The notes beneath the pieces are model-generated. The model was not told where the DNA came from, made no database searches, and saw only the letters and a program-made list of their open reading frames with translations. The translations under genes were made by a program, and so were the position numbers. DNA of 64,000 nucleotides from an uncultured Alphaproteobacteria bacterium (GTDB taxonomy: Bacteria; Pseudomonadota; Alphaproteobacteria; Rhizobiales; Aestuariivirgaceae): positions 627,035-691,034 of the forward strand of contig CAWHQZ010000028.1 of the NCBI GenBank assembly GCA_963831645.1. Reading direction: 5' to 3'. Position 1 is the first letter of the stretch. The number at the start of each line of letters is the position of its first letter. Positions 41,569 to 52,028 of the stretch are shown piece by piece.

Positions 41569-43404
41569 ATGTCTATCCTCTTTCTGGGAACAATCCTGGG
41601 AGCGGTATTGTTGTTTGTCGTGCCGACGCTGATCCGGGAACACCTCTCCCCTGCTGGCTCATTCGGAATCCGGGCGATCGGTGCAGTGCTGATTGCCTGG
41701 GCTGTCCTTTCGACCTCGTTCGTATATGTCGGTGAGAACCAGACTGGCCATCTCAACAAGATATACGCAGGTGGTTCACTGCCCCCGGGTAAAATCATCG
41801 CCACCCAGGGTGAGAATGGACCGCAGGCATCGGTGCTTGCTCCCGGCTTCCATGTCATTCCTTTCATCAACGTCATGTACGACGTGGTGATGCGCGAGGT
41901 GACGGAGATCCCTGATGGACATTATGGGTATCTCGTCGCGCGCGACGGCAAGTCGCTCCGGCCGGACCAGACTTTTGCCGATGCGTTCGACCCGGTGGTC
42001 TCGACCCAGATGGTCAGTGATGCGGCGTATTTCCTGAATCGCGGCGGTCAGAAGGGGCCGCAATCGAGCGTGCTTGGTCCAGGCAAGTATCGCGTGAACC
42101 ACTACCTGTGGCTGCTGGAGACGAAGCCCGCGACGGAAATCCCGCCCGGCTTCGTCGGCGTCGTGAAGTCGAACGTTCACTCTCGCGTCGACTTCGGTAA
42201 TCTGCGCACCGACAAACCGGTGGATTGCGCTCCGATCAGACCCCGAGGGACTGATACCAGCAGTCTTGCCGTGCCGCTCGTTCCCCGCGGATGTGTCGGT
42301 ACGTGGGCTGACCCCCTGCTTCCCGGTCGATATTACATCAACCTGGACGCTTACTCGGTCACGATGATCGACACCCGAGTCCAGACCTGGGAATACAAGG
42401 GCGGTTACACGAGAAGGGATATCAATCTCACCGTCTCTCAAAACGGTGAAATCGAACAAAAGGAAGTTTCACACAATTTTCCCAAGCCCGAGGACTTCGT
42501 CGACATCGCCGTAACGGTCAAGATAGAAGGATCGGACATTCCGCTTGACTTGCGGGTTCTCGTGCAGATCAGGCCGGAAGCCGCGCCGGTTATCGTGGCA
42601 TCGGTCGGCGATCTCGATCGCGTTGAAAATGATATTCTGTCGCCGGTAATCCGGGCGGTAGTCCGTAACGTCACCGGCGGCATGATTAACGCCCCAACGC
42701 TGCTGCGAGATGCCCAGGGCGACTTGATCATCGATGCGGAAGGCAAGCCGACTGTTCGCAGCATTCTTCGGCCGACCCGCCCGCTGGACCTTATCGAGAA
42801 CAGGCCGGTCATCGAGGACGAGGTCGAGCGGCTAGCCAGGCCGGAAGGTCTCAAGGCGGGCGTCGACATCAAGGAGATCCGTCTCGGAGAAGCGGTTATC
42901 CCGCCCGAGTTGCTGCTCGCGGCACGACGAAAGCGCCTCGCGGAGGAGCTCCAGCTCGCCTTCGAAGAGGAAAAGGCCGCTCAGACGGCGCGCATCTCGA
43001 CCGAGCAGGCCAAGGCGACCGCCGATCAGCAAGATGAACTGGTAAAGGCCCAGATCGAGCTCCAGAAGTCGGAGCAGTCGATGAAGGCCCGGCGCAACGA
43101 GGGGCAGGGCGAGCGCGACAAGCTTGCGCTCATCGCTGAAGGCCAGCGAAATCAGGTCGAAGTTCTGGGCCAGGATCGAGTTGTCGATCTGCGGAAATTC
43201 GAGCTTCTCACGGAACGCGCCCTCGGCTTCCTCGAAAACCACCCGGACGTGCTGTCAACTGCGCTCGCGAACGCCCACAAGCTGGTTCCTGAACGCGTGG
43301 TCACCCTCGGAGAGGGCAGCGCCAGCGGCCTTTCCGGAGCAGCGGCGATTTTTGGCGAGCTGTTCGGCTCGCCCGGACCGCGACCGGCGAAAAGCGAGCC
43401 TTGA
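41569..43404 (+). CDS. flotillin-like SPFH/band-7 family protein (611 aa)
   Basis: N-terminal TM segment, SPFH core, long E/A/Q-rich coiled-coil (EELQLAFEEEKAAQTARISTEQAKATADQQDELVKAQIELQ), RBS AAGGGAG. Confidence 0.7.
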   Translation: MSILFLGTILGAVLLFVVPTLIREHLSPAGSFGIRAIGAVLIAWAVLSTSFVYVGENQTGHLNKIYAGGSLPPGKIIATQGENGPQASVLAPGFHVIPFINVMYDVVMREVTEIPDGHYGYLVARDGKSLRPDQTFADAFDPVVSTQMVSDAAYFLNRGGQKGPQSSVLGPGKYRVNHYLWLLETKPATEIPPGFVGVVKSNVHSRVDFGNLRTDKPVDCAPIRPRGTDTSSLAVPLVPRGCVGTWADPLLPGRYYINLDAYSVTMIDTRVQTWEYKGGYTRRDINLTVSQNGEIEQKEVSHNFPKPEDFVDIAVTVKIEGSDIPLDLRVLVQIRPEAAPVIVASVGDLDRVENDILSPVIRAVVRNVTGGMINAPTLLRDAQGDLIIDAEGKPTVRSILRPTRPLDLIENRPVIEDEVERLARPEGLKAGVDIKEIRLGEAVIPPELLLAARRKRLAEELQLAFEEEKAAQTARISTEQAKATADQQDELVKAQIELQKSEQSMKARRNEGQGERDKLALIAEGQRNQVEVLGQDRVVDLRKFELLTERALGFLENHPDVLSTALANAHKLVPERVVTLGEGSASGLSGAAAIFGELFGSPGPRPAKSEP

Positions 43405-43436
43405 CACCGGTTCCAGGCAGCAGACCATGAATGAAC

Positions 43437-45918
43437 TTCGTTCAGGAGTTTCGGACATGCCAAGTCGGTGGCACGCCGTCCTTGCCTTCTGTTGCGTCGC
43501 ACTTCTGCAGCTCTCATCGGCATCCGCAGCGGCGCAAAGCGCCGGCCGAACGCTCTACAGCATCGGGCCGCCGGCAGCGTGGGTCGAACCGGTACGGGCC
43601 GAGTACGACGCTCCTGCGCCGCGCGACGGTGTGCGCGAAGGTTCGTATTTCCTGTTGTACGATACCCAGATAGATGTCGGACCGAACGGCCACGACGAAT
43701 ACTCTCACTTCGCCATCCGCGCGCTGACGCCGGCGGCCGTCAGCAGCAATGCTCAGCTCAACATTTCCGTGGACCCGAGCTACCAGACGCTGGTGCTGCA
43801 TTTCGTACGCTTACGGGGCCGAGGCGAAACCTCTCGTCACGATCCGAGATGGACGCCGGGAGATGCTCTTCGAGTGGCGTGACCTCGCGGCGACACCGGC
43901 GGATCCGGATCGCCCATCGTGGTATTCACCATGGCCATGGCTCGAATTCACGGACCAGGAGGACTGGACGCAAGTCGCGCGCGCCATGAGCGCGCTGTAT
44001 CCGGTGGAGGATCGCCCCGGTGGCGCGGTAGGCCGTGTAGTCGAAACGATACGGGCGAAGGGTGGCACGACGGAAGAACAGGCGCATCGCGCCCTGCAGT
44101 TCGTCCAGGACGAGATCCGCTACACGAGCATTTCGATCGGCCCGGGTTCGCACCGGCCTTCGGCGCCCGAGACCGTGCTCGATCGCCGCTTCGGCGACTG
44201 CAAGGACAAGTCGCTGCTTCTCGTGACGCTGCTGCGCGCGCTCGGTATCGATGCTATGCCCGCGCTCGTGCACACCAGGCGCGGGCATGTGTTGCCGCAG
44301 GCGATGCCGACCCCGTTTGCCTTCGATCACGTCATCGTAAGGGCTGTCCTGCCAAGCGGCGTCTACTGGCTCGACGGCACACGCGCCAGGCAGACGACGC
44401 CGCTGGCGGCGCTCGACCCGCCCGATTACGAGCATGCATTGCTGATCCCTGCCGAAGGACCGTTGCGACATCAGGTGAAGCGCCTTCCGGAAGGCCGGCC
44501 CGCCCATAGGCTGGCCGACATGGCGAAAGCGAACCAGTTGCTGGCGAACCTGTCCAGAGCGAGGCAGCTGGCGCCGATCCCGCGACCTGCGACGGACGTC
44601 GAACGTCACGAAGTGCACGTCGAGTTCGACGCCAGCGAGGGGCTGCAGCAGCCGGCGACGATTGCCGTCACTACGCGTTATTTCGGCGCGACGGCGGACT
44701 TGATGCGCGAGCAGTTCCAGCGGACCCACGCGGCCCAGCGGGAGAAGGACTATCTCAACTACTACGCGCGCCTGTATCCCGGTGTGCAGTCCGCGGGTCC
44801 TGCCGCGGTCGAGGACGATACTTCGAGGAACACTCTTGAGATCCGCGAGCGGTACCGTCTCGATAGCGCGTTCACGAAGGGCGAGGACGGCGCTCTCACA
44901 CTTCTCTTGCCTGCAGATGAGCTGTCTCAGTACGCCACGGCTTTCGACGGGTCGGTTCGCACGTCGCCTCTGGCGCTCGTATTTCCGGTCAACATCACAC
45001 AGTCGATCACGGCGCGGCTTCCGGAGGACTGGGTGGTCAAGGAGGGCACGGTCACGATCGACAACCCCGCCTTCCGCTACCGTTCGCAGGTGCGCTATGC
45101 GCAACGAACGCTGAATTTGCGTTACGAATATGTAGCGCTAGCGGACCACGTGCCGATCGCCGCTCTCCCGCAATATCTCGCCGACCGTGGCCGAATGAAT
45201 TCGGGATATCTACCTTCAGCTCACGCGCGGCCCCGAGGTTGGCATCATCGCCGATTTCGCCATCGCACCGCTGCCGCTCGCCGTACTGCTCGGCGCCCTC
45301 GGCCTCGGGATCTGGCTGGCGTTCCGGCCGATCTATCGCTACGACCCGGCGCCGCGCGCCAGGTCCACGCCGGGAGACGGCCCGCGAGGCATCCGCGGAT
45401 GGCTCGTGTTGCCGGCATTGGGTGCCATCCTCACGCCGATCATGTTGCTGGTGGTGCTTGGCCCGCTCGCCATGTATGTCGAGGCGCACATTTGGCGGAA
45501 CATTCCCGAGGCGGTGTCCGGCGCAGCCGGCGAGTGGATCAGACCCGCAGTACTGCTGCTCCTCGCCGCCACCGCGGTTGCGGTCCCGGCCAGTATTGCC
45601 GCAGGCGTGCTGTTCTTCGCCCGGCGGACCTCCGCCCCGCTGATGTTCGTTGCGCTCCTCTGGTACTCTTCAACCATCGTCGACTTGGCAGCGTTTGGAT
45701 TTTTCTTTTCCGGGCTCGACACCGAGACAAGCCTCGAAACTCTGTATTCCGACACCATTCTGGGTCTGGCGGTCAACGGTATCTTGACCGCGTACATGCT
45801 TACTTCGAAGCGGGTGCGGGTGACGTTCGTGCGGCGCCGCGGCAGGCGCTCCGAGGCGACGGTACCTTCCACTGCAATAGCCGTGTCCGGTGCGCAGAGC
45901 CCGGTGGGGTCAATGTGA
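43437..45918 (+). CDS. DUF3857 / transglutaminase-like cysteine-protease-fold protein with C-terminal multi-TM (DUF2569-like) domain; at least three frame breaks
   Basis: Signal peptide MPSRWHAVLAFCCVALLQLSSASA; transglutaminase-like core RFGDCKDKSLLLVTLLRALGIDA...FDHVIV; C-terminal membrane domain in ORF 45406-45918 (LPALGAILTPIMLLVVLGPLAMYVEAHIW...). Confidence 0.55.
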
Positions 45919-46004
45919 GCCAACCATCTTTTCCAGGCCGGGAAGCGCGTGCTTCGCTCGGAACATCGTTTGTGAATGCGTCTTCCCCGGTTCCGAAGCC
46001 GCAC

Positions 46005-47015
46005 TCATCCTTCCAGGCCGTCGTCCCTGGCCGGCGAGAAGCCGGCGATCGGTCTGTGCTCGGCGAGAAATGAGAGAGTGCTCTCGAGCTGATCGGGTGG
46101 AACAAGAGATCCCAGAGATGCTATCGGCTTTACCCCGATCTCGTTCAAATGCGTCTTCTTCAGGGTCTCGAAATCGTCACCTTGGAGATTTTCGCTGTTT
46201 TCCACGGACAAGGCCCGCACCCGCGCGACCACGGGGCGGCCCGAGCTGGTTAGCGACAGAGAGATTCCGCTTGCCACCCTGGCGTGATCATGCAGCTCGG
46301 GGTTGGACGTGAAGCGCCAGACCATGAGGGTGAGCAGCTTGTGGCGCGTCGAAAGTCGCCCCAGGAATTCGATGCGGTCGACATTGGGAATGACGTAGCC
46401 TTCGAAGACGCGGCGCTCGTCCCGTTCCCGGTCCTTTCCGAGGCTGTACCAGCGAAAATCGCACAACGTGCCGCCGATTACCGTCCTCGGGCGTATGTTC
46501 AGAAGGGAGCAACTGACTTCTTCCGTATTCGAGCGGTTCGCCGGATCGCCCGCATTCTGGAACGAAGACGCCCTCAGCACGGACCACAGGCCGCTGTAGC
46601 GCAGCTCGACTTCATCGGTGTCATCGCGGGAAACCGCCAGCCACTTGGCAAGCGTCTCGTCGATGGCTGGATCCCGATGATTTGCAGGCAACTTGATTTT
46701 CGCCGTTTCCAGCCATTGCGCGCCGAAAAGATGCTGCAGGATGGAAGTAGCGAAATCATCCAGCCGAAGGCCGGGCGCCCGTTCTGAAATAAGCGTCGCG
46801 CAGCGCTCGCAAAACGCGCTGTACATCTCGCTCGCCCGCAAGCTCCGGGAAGACTTGTCGTTGGTATAGTTCTTGACGGCGCTCTCGTCGAAACCGGTGC
46901 CGCTGCTGATCGATTTGTAGGGAATGCTGAGCACGCTGCTCATGTATTTCATCAGCGCGCGCAGCGCGACATGGTCAGCCGGAAGGGGGACCCGTGGCGG
47001 CGACAGAAGGGTCAT
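46005..47015 (-). CDS. hypothetical protein (about 336 aa), no family recognised
   Basis: Long ORF on the minus strand. The start may be 47015 (MTLLSPPRV) or 47072. Local GC looks lower than surroundings. Confidence 0.4.
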   Translation of the reverse strand: MTLLSPPRVPLPADHVALRALMKYMSSVLSIPYKSISSGTGFDESAVKNYTNDKSSRSLRASEMYSAFCERCATLISERAPGLRLDDFATSILQHLFGAQWLETAKIKLPANHRDPAIDETLAKWLAVSRDDTDEVELRYSGLWSVLRASSFQNAGDPANRSNTEEVSCSLLNIRPRTVIGGTLCDFRWYSLGKDRERDERRVFEGYVIPNVDRIEFLGRLSTRHKLLTLMVWRFTSNPELHDHARVASGISLSLTSSGRPVVARVRALSVENSENLQGDDFETLKKTHLNEIGVKPIASLGSLVPPDQLESTLSFLAEHRPIAGFSPARDDGLEG

Positions 47016-47045
47016 TTTCAGAACCGTCGCTATGGCGCAGCGCAA

Positions 47046-47063
47046 TGTGACAATACCGTCACA
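47046..47063. promoter_or_regulatory. Perfect palindrome TGTGAC-N6-GTCACA in the divergent promoter region
   Basis: Seen in the sequence between the minus-strand hypothetical gene (start about 47015) and the plus-strand TIGR04222-like gene (start about 47233). Resembles CRP/FNR-class dimer sites. Confidence 0.4.
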
Positions 47064-47232
47064 ATCTACCATATCCGGCGCCGTTTGCACGTGTGGGGCC
47101 TGCACGTGCTGGAACGAGCGAGCGGCCGCGGCAGCCCGCGAAACCGGCGAGCCTCCTGGCACCACATGCCACCACGCCCGGCGGGACAGCCCGGAAAGTG
47201 GCCCCTAGACAGGGATCATCTCGGATTACGGG

Positions 47233-48098
47233 AGGTGATCATGAACACGAAACTGCAGCGCAACGCCGGAATGTATCCCGCGCGTTATGGCGGAGAGGGA
47301 CATTGGCCGCATCATCCGGACCTCCTGACCCGCACCCCGCCCCCGGCAGGGGAGCATCACAGGGAATGTGGACCCTTACGAGATTGCCTTCCTGCGCAGT
47401 GATGAAAACGCGGTCCTGACTCTGGCTCTTTTCGACCTCGTGCAGCGCGGACATCTGCAGGTCGTTGAAACGAAGCGTTGGCTGGGAACCGAGCAGAGGC
47501 TCCGGCGGCAGAAAATCCACCTTCGCACGACCGTTTGACGGAGGCCGAAAAGGATCTCATCGGCAGGTTCAGCACCCCTCTTGCTGCCAGCGAGACCTTC
47601 GCGTTCGGCCTGACCGAAGCGCTGCGATCGGCTTGCTCCGGCTATCGAACCAGGCTCGAAGAGACAGGTCTGTTGCGGACGCAGGACCAGGCGAAACTGC
47701 GGAGAACGGCGCTGGGAGTAGCAGCGTTTGTCGGTTTCATTGCGCTGGCTGCGGCAAAAGCGCCCCTTCCGATGTTCCTGGCATGTTTCGCGGCGGTCAT
47801 TGCGGCGAACGCCCTTCTCTCATCTCGCCTGACCGCGGCCGGCAAGGCGCACCTGAAACGGATCGAGGCGCGGCTCGCCCGCCTCAAGGACCGTCCTAAA
47901 GCCGCCCGGTTGGGCGCCGCCGATCCTCTGCTTCTGACGGCGGTAGGCGTGTTTGGTGTCCCGATCCTCGCCGGCAGCGCCTACGACGCATTCGCGGCAG
48001 CCGTGAAGCCGATGGCAAGCGGCACATGGAGCTTCAGTGCCGATGGATGCGGTGGAGACGGATGCGGGGGGTGCGGCTGCGGGTGCGGGGGTGAATGA
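47233..48098 (+). CDS. TIGR04222-family membrane protein with C-terminal Cys-Gly repeat tail; about two frame breaks near the 5' end
   Basis: Hydrophobic helices (VAAFVGFIALAAA, MFLACFAAVIAANALLS) and a terminal GCGGDGCGGCGCGCGGE tail. The N-terminal pieces DPYEIAFLRSDENAVLTLALFDLVQRGHL are in other frames. Confidence 0.5.
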
Positions 48099-48700
48099 CC
48101 GTGAGCGGCGCGACTCCTGCCGCTCGCGGTGCATCGGTTGTTGCCGGCTGCAGCGGGGCGAAACCGGGGCATTATTCGGCCGACCCCCTCTGGAACCGAA
48201 TCGAGGACTTCCGGTTCGATGACCCCGCCGCCCAACTGTCGTTCTCTCAGCGCCTGGCGCGGGAAAACGGCTGGTCCCGCTACTACGCCAGCCGGGTCAT
48301 CGCCGAGTACAAGAAGTTCTGCTACTTGGCGATGACGGCGGGCCACAGCGTCACTCCCTCCGATGAAGTCGATCAGGCGTGGCATCTGCACCTTATCTAT
48401 ACGCGGAGCTACTGGGACGGTTTCTGCGGCCGGGTGCTCGGGCGTGCATTTCACCACGGCCCGACCCGCGGCGGCGCCGATGAAAGCGCCAAGTTTCACG
48501 ATTGGTACGAAGCGACTCTCGTTTCCTATCAGAGCACCTTCGGCTCGCCGCCACCGACCGACATATGGCCGGGACCGGAGTCACGCTTTGCCAAGACCCG
48601 AACGCTTCCGCCGCATCGACACGGCATCCTGCTGGCTTCTGCCAAAGCCCCGTTTGCGCCTTTTTGCCCGGCGCTGGCGCAAGGAGGCCTGATCATGGCT
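48095..48700 (+). CDS. DUF1399/GRDP-like protein (family assignment by eye only)
   Basis: PLWNRIEDFRFDDP..FSQRLARENGWS..AEYKKFCYLAMTAGHSVTPSDEVDQAWHLHLIYTRSYWDGFC. Start overlaps the TIGR04222-like stop (ATGA). The ORF tail beyond about 48700 looks like frame-shifted read-through. Confidence 0.45.
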
Positions 48701-49028
48701 CACACCAGCGGCTCGACTGAACGGACCCTCGGCAGGAAACGGCAGTACCGCCCGATATCTGGCAGACCTGCTCTGCTTGAGCGTGGACGTGGTTTGCCAC
48801 TCATTGCGAGGCGCATTTCCTCCAGTTTGCATGTAAGTTCTAGCTTGGCCCAGGAGAACGTCACAGGAGCCAATGGCGCGGATCGGAGGCCAACGGCGAG
48901 GCTTTCGTCACCGGCGATAGTGCTCGATCGCCTCGACCACCGTGCCCTTCACCGAGGCCGGGAAGTAAGTAGTATTCCCGCTGTAGGGCTTTTGCCTTGG
49001 GCGGGTACGAGCGGGGACGCCGAACAGG

Positions 49029-51316
49029 ATGGATAGCGACCCAAAACCGAAACGCAAGATTTCCGCCATCCTGGCCGCCGACGTCGTGGGATACTCGTCT
49101 CACACGGAAAAGGACGAGGCCGGAACGTTCACGCGTCTCAGGTCTCTCCGCAAGGAGCTTTTCGAACCGCAGATCAGAAACCATCACGGCCGCATATTCA
49201 AGCTGATGGGCGACGGTCTGCTGGCCGAGTTTGCCAGTGTCGTGGAAGCGGCTCAGTGCGCGGTCATAGTGCAGAGGGAGATGGCGAGCCGCAATGAGAA
49301 GCTGCCGGAGGACCATCGCATCCGTTTCCGGATGGGCATCCATCTCGGCGACATCATCGTTGAGGGCAAGGATCTCCTTGGCGACGGCGTGAACATTGCC
49401 GCCCGTCTTCAGCAGCTCGCCGAGCCAGGTGGCATCGCTGTGTCCGGAGTGGTTCGCGAAAATGTCGGCAACCGGCTTGCTCTCGCCTTCGAGGATAGGG
49501 GCGAGCAGCGGTTAAGGAACATCGAACGGCCGATGCGAGTCTATAGCCTGCTACTTGAAAATGATCGGCCCAAAACAGCAAACGGCCGGGCTGCTGCCTG
49601 GATCGGCGGGCCGATAATGGTCGCTCTCCTTATTGCGGTGATGGTCGAATGGCCGCTGTGGTCTCCCCAGTCGAAATTGGCCATCTCCATCTCAATTGCC
49701 AGCTCCAGCAACAAGGAGGAGTGGCTGAACGAGGCGATCGCTTCGTTCAATGCCGCCTCCAGGACCAGCGCGGCGCTGCAACTCGATGGCAAGCCGGTCT
49801 CTGTCGATGTGGTCCTGGAACAGCTTGAGCCCGGCAAGAAAGACCACTATCGCTCCGGCTCCATGGTTGCCGATATCCTGCCCGGCAAGATCAAACCCAC
49901 TATCGCCTCTCCGGCCGAAAAATTCTGGATATCGAAGCTGAACAACGATTGGCAGGCGGCCAACTCCAAGCCGATAACAACCGAACAGGCGCCGGCTACG
50001 GCGCGCACACCACTCGTCATCGCCATGTGGGAGTCGAGAGCCCAGGCTTTGGAGTGCTGGCCATCTCCAAAACCGCAGTGCACATGGGAGCGTATCCGTG
50101 CCCTTGCGACGAACGCGGACGGATGGACGATGTTCGGGAGGCCCGATTGGGGCAAGTTCAAGCTGGGCTACGGCCACATGGATCAATCCAACTCGGGCAC
50201 CCTGACTGCCGCCATCCTATGCATGCGGGGCCTTGGTAAGAGCGGCGACCTCACCATGGAAGATGTAGACGCAGGCAACGGGTGTGGCCGGATGATTGCC
50301 GCCGTCGAAAAAGCCAAAGTGCACAGCGGCAAAAGGAGTGCTTGGCTGCTCGACAGAATGCGAACCGGCGGTCCAGAATATCTGGACGCTATCGTCACCA
50401 ACGAACAGGAGGTAGTCGAATTCAACCATGACCCGTCGGGGTTGAGAGAGCCCATGGTGTCCGTCTATCCGCAGGACGGCACCGTGTTCAATACCCATCC
50501 CTTCGCCATTCTTGACGGGGCACCGTGGGTCAGCCCGGAGCAAGTCAAAGCGGCAGAGATTTTTCGAAAGTATCTGCTCTCCGACGAACAGCAGGCGCTG
50601 CCTCGTCAAGCACGGCCTCAGGCCGGTCGATGAAGACGCACCGCTCGGTGCTCCTCTGGAAACGGCATATGGTGCTAATCCGGAGGCCAAGCTGGTGACT
50701 ATTGAAGTGCCGGAGGTTCAGGTCTTCGATCGCGTGCGAGAGGTATGGCACGAAGTAAAGAAGCACGCTCACATCGCCATTGTATTTGACAAGTCGAGCA
50801 GCATGGCGGGCGAAAAAATGACCCAGGCTGTCCAAGGCGCGCAGGCGTTTGTATCGGCCATGGACGCGAAGGACTGGCTCGCCTGGTTCACCTTTGATGA
50901 CCGGATTTATGCCAGGACCCAAGGGCTCAAGTCGGAAACCGGCGTGCAACTGCTGAGCGACATCAGATCAACCACCGCTTTCGGCGGTACGGCGCTTTAC
51001 GATGCGGTGGCTTGCTGCGTTTGATACATTGGCAAACAAGCGAAGAACTCGGGAGGATTCGGTTCGCTACGGCATTGTGATCCTCTCGGATAGCGGGGAC
51101 ACAAGCAGTACCACCACATGGACTGCGCTCGAGGCGAAGCTGAAAGATTCAGAGCAAGATCCCACAGGGATCCAGATTCACGCCATAGGCATTGGCGATG
51201 AAGCCAACGAGGCAGTGCTTAAGAAGATCGCCAATCTTGCCCACGGAAGATACTGGAAAGTGAAGAACCCTGCCGACGTTGTCGCGGTTTATAGAGAGAT
51301 CGCCACTCACTACTGA
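49029..51316 (+). CDS. multidomain signalling protein: class III adenylate/guanylate cyclase, TM, periplasmic-binding-protein-like domain, vWA domain; two frame breaks (about 50600 and about 51010)
   Basis: Cyclase motifs ILAADVVGYSS...FKLMGDGLLAEF...GIHLGDII..GDGVNIAARL. TM VALLIAVMVEWPLW. vWA MIDAS HIAIVFDKSSSMAG...DxxGxT in ORFs 50512-51024 and 51002-51316. Confidence 0.6.
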
Positions 51317-51358
51317 TGAGTTGGCTAGGGCGAGACGGCGGGAGATCGCACGCAGGCG

Positions 51359-51560
51359 TTATTGCGCCTTGCTCCGGATTGCCTTCGCGCGAGCTTCCAT
51401 TTCTTCCGCCTGGGAATGGCGCCCGGTCTGCCGTAGCAGCGCCGCGTAACCTTCGAGGCTCGCCGCCACCTGGGGATGCTCGGGCCCGAGAGTCTTTTCA
51501 TCGATGCTGCGCTCTTGCGCTCGCTCAATGAGATGCTCAACAAATCGCCGTGGTTTAATG
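51359..51560 (-). pseudogene. TPR-protein C-terminal remnant
   Basis: ...DEKTLGPEHPQVAASLEGYAALLRQTGRHSQAEEMEARAKAIRSK is a kinesin-light-chain-type TPR. Upstream it collides with a plus-strand gene fragment. Confidence 0.35.
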
Positions 51561-51950
51561 TGCACTCCATAGTTGTCGCGCGCAGCGGCAAGCTGGTCTA
51601 TGAGGTTTATCGTACCGGCTTTGACGAGAACTGGGGAACCCGGCTCGGCACCGTATCCTACACGGCGGACATGCCACACGATGTCCGCTCGATCAGCAAG
51701 AGCGTTGTCTCGCTCCTCTTCGGGATCGCGCTCGATCGAGGATTGATTGCAAGCGTCGATGACCCAGTGCACATCTACTTTCCCGACTATGCGGTGCTTC
51801 GGACGCGGAAAAGGACGCATTCTGCTACGGCATTGTTGACGATGACATCAGGGCTCGAGTGGGACGAGCACCGTTCGTACGACGATCCAAAGAATAACGA
51901 AATCATGATGAGCGGTTCTCAGACGGGAGACCCGATTCGTAAATCAAATC
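51476..51950 (+). pseudogene. beta-lactamase-family serine hydrolase fragment (N-terminal half only)
   Basis: SxxK active site RSISKSVVSLLFGIALDRGLI and YFP motif. No signal peptide or C-terminal half. Confidence 0.45.
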
Positions 51951-52028
51951 GTTGTCCCAACTCCCGCGATAGCGGGTTCGTTCAATCCCCTAACTGAAGA
52001 CAGGCCCTAGAGGTCCTGTGTAACGGGA

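Noticed and set aside
48040-48098. G-rich short tandem repeats (GGATGCGG / GGTGCGG units), considered as a possible CRISPR or other noncoding repeat array
   Set aside because: They are in frame with the TIGR04222-like ORF and encode a (Cys-Gly)n tail. They are too short and irregular for CRISPR, and no cas genes are present.
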